DNA from: Octopus sinensis
Lineage: Eukaryota
Reading direction: 5' to 3'
DNA: 9,771 bases
NCBI RefSeq assembly: GCF_006345805.1
Contig: NW_021827810.1
Location: 1-9,771, forward strand
The position numbers and the translations under genes were made by a program. Under the pieces are notes generated by a model, which worked only from the letters and a program-made list of their open reading frames with translations, did not search any database and had not been told where the DNA came from. Below are positions 1 to 7,945 of the stretch, one piece after another; position 1 is the first letter of the stretch, and each line of letters opens with the position of its first letter.

Positions 1-30
1 CACGCGAATTGTGTGAAACATAACTTCAGA

Positions 31-414
31 TCAATTGTACAACTGCTGCTACTGCTGTGGTTGTTATAACTGCATATAAGCCCCGCCCATCTGACACCCT
101 CTTCTTTCTTCCTACTACTCACTGATATGTTTGCCACTTATTGTGATAAATTTACAGCTGCTGCTGTTGTATCTGCCGCATAAACACCGCCTACTTTACA
201 CGTACTTCCTCCTTCTGCTACTCACCTATCACTTCCTTTCTCCTCTTCCCTCGCGCATGCTACTCTAACCACCCTACCTCCATTACGCTATTCTGTGACA
301 TGTCATTACCAATTACCGTGATAAATGTACTGTTGCTACTACTGCTACTGTTACAATTGAAAGTAAATCTCCTCCCACTTTACAACTTCCTCATTCTTTA
401 TACGACTACTACTC
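31..414. repeat. Three degenerate copies of a ~90-100 bp unit (about 31-120, 139-222, 313-414)
   Basis: Ordered shared motifs: caattgtac / gataaatttac / gataaatgtac; a (CTG/CTA)n run; ccgcccatctgacac / ccgcctactttacac / cctcccactttacaac; ctactactcactga / ctgctactcacc / ctactactctctga. Aligned by eye. Confidence 0.4.
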
Positions 415-729
415 TCTGACACTGTGAACGCCTACTTAGATAAATATGCAGTCGTAATGTTAATGCGACCATTTGATATCTAGTTTGCAACACGTCATCT
501 TGGCTGCCTCCTGTCACATTTCGTTTCATTGGTTATTAATAAACTAAGCTGGTAAAACATATACGGTGAGGCGGGGGGGTGGGGAATTCGTTACGCCTAC
601 TGTTTCCGTCAGTATACTCCCATATAAAGCATACGTTAAAACAGTTACACACATACACATATCAGATGTGATAATAGATATTTTAAGCGCTAATTTAGGA
701 CAGAATACGGAAACCGGGCGATATATAAA

Positions 730-753
<24 letters not shown>
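730..753. repeat. (GT)n microsatellite
   Basis: Direct reading. Confidence 0.95.
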
Positions 754-763
<10 letters not shown>

Positions 764-997
764 TGCGTACATACATAAATAGTTTTTTTTTTCATACATA
801 CACTAGTGCGTTTGTACTGTACTTAAGTAGTATTACCGGTTACGATAAACAAAGCAAATGTAGGAATGCAATAAAGTGATCCTCAAATAAAATATTGTGG
901 TTCTGCACTTGGTATATTCTGTACCGAGAGTGCAAAACACCCTAATCATGAAACGTTCTTAGGGAACAAATTGTAGAAACTGTATCTTGTGTTTATC

Positions 998-1003
<6 letters not shown>

Positions 1004-1054
<51 letters not shown>
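1004..1054. repeat. (TA)n microsatellite
   Basis: Direct reading. Confidence 0.97.
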
Positions 1055-1055
<1 letters not shown>

Positions 1056-1058
<3 letters not shown>

Positions 1059-1260
1059 CATACATACATTAAACATACCTACATAAGGGGTCCGAGTAAA
1101 AATAAAAGAGAAAAAAGCAGCATAGTCGAGGTTTAACAAATACTGTATCAGTTTAACATATAAAGGGAAGATGAAGAGTTTTAACGCTTCGGTCAGTAGT
1201 CCTTCATCAGAAGAAAGGGAAAAACATAGACGAGATTGAAAGAGTAAAAATCGATGAGAG
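1056..1260 (-). mobile_element. Probable Penelope-like element terminal-repeat remnant, copy 1 (boundaries approximate)
   Basis: Minus strand reads ttcttCTGATGAaGGactactgaCCGAAGCGTTaaaa, then a pyrimidine-rich stretch, ending in a (TATG)/(TA) tail. Same layout as, and sequence similarity to, 6033-6230. A CTGATGA...CGAAAC core in terminal repeats is characteristic of Penelope-like elements. Confidence 0.45.
1179..1212 (-). ncRNA. Degenerate minimal type-I hammerhead ribozyme-like motif
   Basis: CUGAUGA (+ strand 1204-1210), extra A, stem II GG/CC with an 8-nt loop, GAAG instead of GAAA, then C-GUU. Stem I shows only about 2 contiguous bp. Probably inactive. Confidence 0.35.
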
Positions 1261-1486
1261 AAAAGATACAAGTTGAGAGAGGTATTAGGAGCTAGGTAGG
1301 TTATAATGGATGAATTAACATGGGAGGAGATGTGGGGTGTGTATATGCAAGTCTACGAGTGTTAGAGGTAGATAGGCAGGGGGTGGGGGCTTGCATAGAT
1401 AATGTTTTTTCTCTGGGTGTATATATGCCTGTGCTCGCTGAGATTACATGCGTGCAAGTGCGGAAGGATAGTGGCGTCGGTTAGAT

Positions 1487-1488
<2 letters not shown>

Positions 1489-1530
<42 letters not shown>
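1489..1530. repeat. (TG)21 microsatellite
   Basis: Direct reading. Confidence 0.97.
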
Positions 1531-1534
<4 letters not shown>

Positions 1535-1667
1535 CTGTAAGTGTGAGTGAAAAAATCCTAGAGATAAGGAGGTGAGAACGGATGTGAATGCGAGTCAAAA
1601 GGGAAAGAAAGAGAAATACAGGTGTGATAGGTGTCTATCGAAAGGTTAGAGTGTAGGACGCTGTAAT

Positions 1668-1703
1668 ATGGATGGATGGATGGATGGATGGATTGATGGA
1701 TGG
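1668..1703. repeat. (GGAT)n microsatellite
   Basis: Direct reading, one GATT variant unit. Confidence 0.9.
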
Positions 1704-1965
1704 TCGGTAGGAACTAAAAGAAGAAAGAAAATATGAGGAAAGTTTCGAGTTGAAACAGAGAAGACGGAGATACTGATTACAATACACAATACTACTAAAA
1801 GAGAGACAGAGAGAAATGAGAAATTAAGAGTTTTGTGAGAGAAAGAAAGTTATTTAAGAATGGATAACAATGGTGGGAAGTAATGCCCAAGGATGGTGAC
1901 GAAGTAGTAAATGAAATTTATTTAGGTGGGGCATATGGAAGGGTATAGGCACATGTCTACACACA

Positions 1966-1968
<3 letters not shown>

Positions 1969-2023
<55 letters not shown>

Positions 2024-2148
2024 TGTTGTGTGTGTGTTTGTGTGTGTGTGTGTTTGTGTGTGTATGTGTGTGTGTATATATATATGTGTGTATATATATA
2101 TGTATATATATATGTATATATATATATGTATATATATATTATATATAT

Positions 2149-2197
<49 letters not shown>

Positions 2198-2299
2198 GTA
2201 TATATATATATATATATATGTGTGTATATATATATGTATATATATATATTATATATATATATAGTATATATATATTAATTATTATTATTATTATTATTA

Positions 2300-2337
<38 letters not shown>

Positions 2338-2340
2338 TAA
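1969..2340. repeat. Compound microsatellite: (TA)n, (TG)n, mixed TA/TG, then (ATT)n from about 2276
   Basis: Direct reading. Accounts for the [16 protein letters not shown] ORFs at 1926-2340. Confidence 0.97.
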
Positions 2341-3087
2341 CGGAGCTGCAGTCTTGGTTAAAACAAAGACCGAGGGGGAGCTTTGGAAAGTGGAATGTCT
2401 TCAAGCGTTCACAGCCCTCAGCCAATCGGACTATGCGATAGGCAAAAGCTAACTTTAGCTTTTCATAGAGGATTAGTAGAGGAAAAGTGTAACGACGTTC
2501 TTGAGGAGACCTTGGGCGTCGAAGAAGATCGGCTAGTCGCTCTTATCCGGATAACTTTCGGGCTGGGACCAATGGATAATTTCCAACAACACTGGCCTGG
2601 TAGTGCTACCGGGGAACTTAGCCTGTTCGAAATAAACTTTGCAGGTACGGAAGTGCCATCAGCCGAGCATGTCCGAGATGTGCTCAGGACGACGAGACGG
2701 TCCTGCATGCACTCGCCCAGTGCCCGAACATTGCTGACCTGTAGCTTTATGTCGAACACCTACTGTCGCGTGTGGGACGGATCCGGCTATCAACTGAATC
2801 CATCCTGAAGGTCGCCCCGCCGCCTTCTTTTAACTGGGAAGGAAAGGCTGCTTTTACATGCCTGATGGCCATGCCAAAAGAACTTGTGTGCTTGACGAGA
2901 TTAAAGGGACTGAAGACAAACACTTTTCTCCTTGGCAAATCCCTGATGAACTTCTTTAAGTTTCACTTGAAAAGGAAAAATAAAGGTAGAGAGGGAAGTG
3001 TTATCTTCTTGTCAGTTTGCCGAAAGGTGGATGAAAGTGGCGAGAATGGTACGAGTGTTCAGGCCTGCCCTGAACATATGCCTGTAG
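2341..3087 (+). pseudogene. Disrupted LINE ORF2 C-terminal region (zf-RVT-type zinc knuckle)
   Basis: Frameshift from frame 1 to 3 near 2586 and from frame 3 to 1 in the A-run at 2976-2980. In-frame TAG at 2601, 2619 and 2742. Inferred natural stop TAG at 3085-3087. Track ORFs 2383-2808 and 2772-3188 are pieces of this frame. Confidence 0.8.
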
Positions 3088-3356
3088 TTGGAGAGAGGAA
3101 AGGAAAGAAAAAAAGGCACCTGCCCCAAAAGTCATGGTTTTTATGGGGGTTTTCCATGAGCATCCCTCGAATGTCTCCTCCCTATTGAGGATTACACATT
3201 GTTGATCTTTTTTTTTTAAATTCTACTCGTCTTTTCTACACGCAAAACCCTCACAACTACACATCCACACACACTCAAACACATCCACACACACTTTTTT
3301 TTTCTTGTCCTGTGCCGTCCTTAATGTTTTTCTTCATTGTGGTTAATAAAGAAATC
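2341..3356 (+). mobile_element. 5'-truncated LINE, L1/Tx1 clade (ORF2 C-terminus plus 3' UTR)
   Basis: Manual translation across frameshifts: ...LGPMDNFQ / TLAW*CYRGT*PVRNKLCRYGSAISRACPRCAQDDETVLHALAQCPNIADL*LYVEHLLSRVGRIRL...FFKFHLKR / KIKVEREVLSSCQFAERWMKVARMVRVFRPALNICL*. C-x2-C-x8-H-x4-C knuckle at 2670-2723. AATAAA at 3345-3350, then an (ATT)n tail. Composition shifts abruptly at 2341. Confidence 0.85.
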
Positions 3357-3371
3357 ATTATTATTATTGTT

Positions 3372-3606
3372 GCTCATGTTCGTTCTTATTCTTGGTAGAA
3401 TTTATGTATGCAGCGGGTTACAACCTCTACCCTGAGACATCGATCTTTCAATAGTCTTTCAAGTGCTTAAGACCCTCCTGATAATCTTCCCTGTCCCTAA
3501 CAAGCTCTACATGACATCCTTTTCCAATCTCCTTTAAACATTTGCCTTTATCTTTGCTTATGGCTTCCAATGCATCAATTATTATAGACACAGCCTTTAC
3601 AATTTT
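3372..3606 (-). mobile_element. 3' end fragment of an RLE-type non-LTR retrotransposon (R4/Dong-like)
   Basis: Minus strand reads VKAVSIIIDALEAISKDKGKCLKEIGKGCHVEL, then after a frameshift or deletion LGTGKIIRRVLST* (stop at 3459-3461). This resembles the RLE-element C-terminal pattern (V/I)PIIIGALG...L.EIG....L...ALLGTA.IIR.VL*. Short 3' UTR, then (AAT)n. Confidence 0.6.
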
Positions 3607-3607
3607 C

Positions 3608-3643
3608 ATTATTATCATTATTATCATTGTTGTTGTTGTTGTT
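3608..3643. repeat. (ATT/ATC)n grading into (GTT)n
   Basis: Direct reading. Confidence 0.85.
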
Positions 3644-3649
3644 ACTGGA

Positions 3650-3880
3650 GGGCGGCGAGCTAGCAGAAACGCTGGCACGCCGGGCGAAATGCTTAGCGGT
3701 ATTTCGTCTGCCGCTACGTTCTGAGTTCAAATTCCGCCGGGGTCGACTTTGCCTTTTTCCTTTCGGGGTCGATTAAATGAGTACCAGTTACACACTGGGG
3801 TCGATATAATCGACTTAATCTGTGTGTCTCTCCTTGTTTGTCCTCCCTCTGTTTAGCCCCTTGTGGGTAGTAAAGAAATG
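3650..3880 (+). mobile_element. tRNA-type SINE, family A, near full length
   Basis: A-box-like TAGCAGAAACG (3661-3671) and B-box-like GAGTTCAAATTCC (3723-3735). The body is repeated at 3881-4000, 8578-8646, 9468-9570 and 9586-9705. Matches my recollection of an abundant octopus SINE. Confidence 0.85.
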
Positions 3881-4064
3881 GGTATTTCACCCGTCTTTAT
3901 GCTCTGAGTTCAAATTCTGCCGCGGTTGACTTTGCCTTTCATTTCAGAGTCCATAAAATAAGTACCAGTTGATCACTGGGGTCGATGTAATTGACTCATC
4001 TCAGCTCCCAGAATTGCTGTCCTTGTGGCAAAATTTAAGACCATTATTGTTATTGTTACTATTT
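3881..4064 (+). mobile_element. Second, 5'-truncated family-A SINE unit in tandem, with an (ATT)-like tail
   Basis: 3881-4000 aligns with 3698-3820 (ggtatttc...ctgagttcaaatt...gactttgccttt...gtaccagtt...cactggggtcgat). Its 3' end (4001-4042) differs, followed by attattgttattgttactatt. Confidence 0.8.
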
Positions 4065-4384
4065 TAATTCATATCATTACTATTAGCGATAATAATAACC
4101 TGGTGCAACTCAATATACATTTGCTTCTGAACAAAGAGTTAGGCGAGAAAAGATCAGTAACAAGAAATCAAAATGTCAACGATATTCTGCACTTAATTAG
4201 CTTACTATTCTTTCTGCTTTAAGATACACTGCACTCCTAGTTGAATTCTTGTGCATCACACTATAGCCTCATCAGAGCTTCAAAATTGAATTGTTTATAG
4301 CAGAAACAGCAATAAGCTAACGAAGTTCATGACGGAATTACTTATTGTACTGTGATTTTAATTTCTGATATATCTTCATATCCA

Positions 4385-4546
4385 TGTATGTATGTATGTA
4401 TGTATGTATGTATGTATGTATGTATGTATGTATGTATGTATGTATGTATGTGTGTATGTATGTATGTGTGTATGTGTGTGTGTATGTGTGTATGTGTGTG
4501 TATGTGTGTGTATGTGTATGTGTGTGTGTATGTGTGTGTGTATGTA

Positions 4547-4577
<31 letters not shown>

Positions 4578-4632
4578 ATGTATGTATGTATGTATGTATG
4601 TATGTATGTATGTATGTATGTATGTATGTATA
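4385..4632. repeat. (TATG)n microsatellite with a central TATGTG/TG-variant block
   Basis: Direct reading. Accounts for the YVCM/THTH ORFs. Confidence 0.97.
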
Positions 4633-4633
4633 T

Positions 4634-5240
4634 TTAATGTATGTATTCTAGTGCATATAGTTGCATATCTATACATTTAAATGATTAGCTGCTGGAAAAG
4701 TTTACAGATTTTTTACAATTCTAGTGATGGATTGGATCTATAGTCTTTGAATCAGCTTTCTCCTTTCTGGTTTGGATAAGCCTAATTTCACAATATTGGT
4801 ATTTAGGCAGTGTGTTTCATATCCCAGGGCCTCCAAAATTATGGGTATAAACCTGAACGTGTAATCTGGATAGAGTAACTGCAGATTTCTCAATAGTTCA
4901 GCATAGGTGTTCTCTTTCTCCTGATCTTCAGCTTTATGTTAACATCTGCTGGGCAGCTAATTTCCACAACTGTGCACAGTTTCTCTTCTCTATTCCAAAT
5001 CATTATATCAGGTCTGTTGTGCTTACATTTTATTGAGATTTTCACTAGGACATTCCACCAGTATTCCTTTTTATTACGAGTGGCTATGACTTCTACCATA
5101 TTGTGGGTTCTTATTTCTTTGTCCTCCGGATTATCCTTCCGACGGATTTCATTATAGAGTGTCCAAGCTACAACATCCTGTCTCATCGGTAGAAAATACC
5201 GTGATGACATTTTCGGACAACTGCTTATGATGAGGTCGAC
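4634..5240 (-). mobile_element. 5'-truncated RLE-type non-LTR retrotransposon (R2/R4/NeSL/Hero-type group), endonuclease domain and 3' end
   Basis: Minus strand: DLIISSCPKMSSRYFLPMRQDVVAW (end of a CCHC knuckle plus a degenerate RH(D/N) motif) ...WWN...KHNRPDIMIWNREEKLCTVVEISCP...KI / EKENTYAELLRNLQLLYPDYTFRFIPIILEALGY...IQRL*IQSITRIVK / ICKLFQQLII* (stop at 4677-4679). This is the PD-(D/E)xK RLE layout. Two frameshifts and one internal stop. Confidence 0.85.
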
Positions 5241-5327
5241 AAACGCTTTGATGCAACTCTACTTTATACTGTTTTCTCTCCCCATCCTCTCTAATTCCCT
5301 TTTTCTCCATTTCACCGTTTTCTGCCT

Positions 5328-5359
5328 ATCTCTCTCTCTCTCTCCTCTCTTTCTCTTTT

Positions 5360-5421
<62 letters not shown>
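5328..5421. repeat. (CT)n / (CTGT)n pyrimidine microsatellite
   Basis: Direct reading. Confidence 0.93.
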
Positions 5422-5422
<1 letters not shown>

Positions 5423-5904
5423 GTTGTTGCTCACACGTGACTGTCGTCCATCTTTCTTTTCCTCACGTGACCATCTTTCTTTCCTGCACGGACGTTCTAA
5501 TGGCTGGACGTATCTTATCTCTCCCTTCCAGCTTTTCTCTTTTCAAAGGTAATATTTCTCACTGCATTCACTATTTTCCCCTCGTTCCGGTCTAACGACC
5601 CTCCATGTTTGTTTTCGTTCGGTTTCCTTGTATGTTTCCACAGTCCTGTTTTTGTTCCCAACTTTGACTCTCCATAAAGCTAAAATTTTACATTGATATT
5701 TATGGGAGCAACTGTCTTCAAAGACTCCTATTGTCGTTGAGTGCTCGAAATGGGGAGTAGATACATAGCCGTCAATTGATGAAGAGTTATTCTTTGTATT
5801 ACTTGTCCTTTTTTTTCTATCATTATTTGCGTATTTAACTCATTTGTTTTCGTATTTCATGTAGTTAACTGTTGGTGATCCCTGTACCTATATATGCATA
5901 TATA

Positions 5905-6032
5905 TGTATACATACATACATACATACATACATACATACATACATACATACATACATACATACATACATACATACATAATACATACATACATACATACAT
6001 ACATACATACATACATACATACATACATACAT
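5905..6032. repeat. (CATA)n microsatellite
   Basis: Direct reading, one variant unit near 5978. Confidence 0.97.
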
Positions 6033-6230
6033 AGTAAATCCAAAAAGAAGAACCAACACCCAAAAAAAACAACAACGTGAAGACGTGGTACATGTAAAGT
6101 ATTAGCAGACGCTCAGGGAAGGAAAGAAAGATGGTTTAACGTTTCGAGCAGACGCTCTTCTTCGGAAGTAGAAGCAGTAGAAGGGAAGACGGAGTAAAAA
6201 AAATCGCCAATGATTCACATGTGGTTACAT
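6033..6230 (-). mobile_element. Probable Penelope-like element terminal-repeat remnant, copy 2 (may extend toward about 6430)
   Basis: Minus strand: cttCCGAAGAaGAGCgtctGCTCGAAACGTTaaa, then a pyrimidine-rich stretch and a (TATG)n tail. Same layout as 1056-1260. Confidence 0.5.
6135..6168 (-). ncRNA. Degenerate minimal type-I hammerhead ribozyme-like motif
   Basis: CCGAAGA (CUGAnGA with U4C), extra A, perfect 4-bp stem II GAGC/GCUC with a 4-nt loop, intact GAAA, self-complementary AACGUU at stem III, GUU triplet. Stem I is about 2 bp. Confidence 0.4.
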
Positions 6231-6451
6231 TTTGAAATTAACGGAAAGGAGTGGGTGAAAGGAATGGAGATCAAGCATGGTGAGAGGGTGTGAATGTCGG
6301 CGTAGCTGGTGTTGGTGGCGACAAAAAGGAAAGGAAAAAGAGAAAAGGGAAGGAGAGTGGAAAGTAGAACAGAAGATAGGTAGAGGAAGACGAGTTAAAG
6401 AATGAGTTAAAGAGGAAGTCACGGACAAATTATAATGATCCACGATCAAGC

Positions 6452-6474
6452 AATATTATATATATATATATATA

Positions 6475-6529
<55 letters not shown>

Positions 6530-6619
6530 TGCAAACACACATCACATATATATACGCATATATACATATATACATTTAGCGTATGCACATATATATTATA
6601 TATATATATATATATATAT
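6452..6619. repeat. (TA)n microsatellite with an interrupted TA/CA-rich extension
   Basis: Direct reading. Confidence 0.95.
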
Positions 6620-6744
6620 CCGTTATATGCAAATGAAGCTCTCTTAGATTAAAACAGTCATTTGTGTATCACACTTTAACTAAATACATCGTAAAAGGCA
6701 AATTCACAGCAGTATTCGTCCTCAGCTAATATGTGTTATGAGTG

Positions 6745-6769
6745 TGCATCGTATATATAATACGATGCA
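6745..6769. other. Perfect 10-bp inverted repeat with a 5-nt spacer (TGCATCGTAT-atata-ATACGATGCA)
   Basis: The arms are exact reverse complements. Function unknown. Confidence 0.9.
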
Positions 6770-7477
6770 AATAAGATGATAATTTTTTCGAACGCAGTGT
6801 TGCAATTATAATAGAAGAAACACCCTTACAAGGCGGAAAAAATTATGATCCTCTTATTTTTATCAGTACACAAATATTTGTTAGTTTATAATATTTATTG
6901 GAATCAGCGATTGGTGAGAACGTTAGATGCATTTTTGCCACCTTGGGCATCGTCAATAGCATGTACTCACCGCCAACCGCATACAAAGGCAAAATTTGTC
7001 ACCACCGCTCTTGAAAAACAGTGAATAAACAATTACTGGTGTTGTAAATAGCCATCAGTATATCATACTTAATGTAAATATATGGGGAAAGGCAAGTTTA
7101 CAGGAGGGTAGAACAAAAACAGCTACGGTCTGTGACTATTGTGAAGATCTCCCTCTCCACTTTCGTTTAACCAGGAAGAGTTAGCAGATCTCCTCTCTGA
7201 TGGTCATGGCGAAAGAGGTTATGTGGTAGACTCGACTGAAATGACTGAAGACAGAAACTCTTTTGGCCAAATTCCCACCAATTTTGAATTATCATTTTTT
7301 TTTTCTTAAAGTTCCATTTGATAAGTAACAGCGGTTTTCTTGAAATATTGGTGAAAAATAGTGAGCATGGCCCGAATGAATAGATTTACATTTGAAAAGA
7401 AGATATTTTGATAGTAAAATCCTGGATTTATGGGATTCATTGATTGATCATTTTTACACAAAACTACCACAGAAGGG

Positions 7478-7608
7478 GCATGGCCAAGTACCACCCTCAT
7501 GACTGTACGGTCATTGATTCGATCCTCTGACCGGACAGCGCATTGTATCCTTTAAGCAAGGCACTTCATTTTACGTAGCTCCAATCCATTCAGCTGAAAA
7601 ATGAATAC
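7478..7608 (+). mobile_element. Diverged 5' fragment of tRNA-type SINE, family B
   Basis: Aligns with 9143-9282: gattcgatcc vs gagttcgattcc; agcaaggcacttcattttacgtagctccaatccattcagctgaaaaatgaata vs agcaagacgctttacttcacgttgctccagtcaattcagctggcaaaaatgagta. Confidence 0.7.
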
Positions 7609-7872
7609 GAGTTTAAAGCTTATACAGCTTTCCTCCCTCCAATTTTCACTTCCTGGATGTTCCACTGTGTCAATGAAGTGGGGGGAGGGGGTCAAGCAGA
7701 TGTCTGTGTCTGATTACGATGATTATCATTACAAGGATACGTGAAAAAATTAATGAAGGTATATTACAAGTTATCTTGTCATTACCTTAATTATTTTTCA
7801 TTCATTTGATTTGTTAACACACCCCACTATTTGTAAACTGTCTCTGTAATGTCTCCTATCCATTAGTCCTTG

Positions 7873-7945
7873 TGGTTACTGTTGTTGTAGTTGTTGTTGT
7901 TGTTGTTGTTGTTGTTGCTGCTGCTACTGTCGCTGTTGTTGTTGT
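7873..7945. repeat. (GTT)n / (GCT)n trinucleotide microsatellite
   Basis: Direct reading. Confidence 0.92.

Noticed and set aside
904-934. Imperfect hairpin tgcacttggta...taccgagagtgca
   Set aside because: Short and bulged, within chance expectation.
1926-2340. ORFs of 90-112 aa ([16 protein letters not shown])
   Set aside because: Stop-free translations of TA/TG/ATT microsatellites.
2383-3188. ORFs 2383-2808, 2772-3188 and the antisense ORFs 2463-2759 and 2747-2938 as host genes
   Set aside because: They are fragments or antisense shadows of one broken LINE ORF2.
4338-4680. Four overlapping ORFs (YVCM/THTH repeats)
   Set aside because: Read-through of (TATG)n. The same applies to 5857-6093, 5865-6059 and 6435-6647.
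5227-5595. 122-aa Leu/Ser/Phe-rich ORF resembling a membrane protein
   Set aside because: Its composition comes from the (CT)n tract and pyrimidine-rich flanks.
7192-7218. cctctCTGATGGtcatggcGAAAgagg, hammerhead-like on +
   Set aside because: Lacks A9 (CUGAUGG), has no convincing stem II, and has no correctly placed UH cleavage site or stem III. Likely chance.
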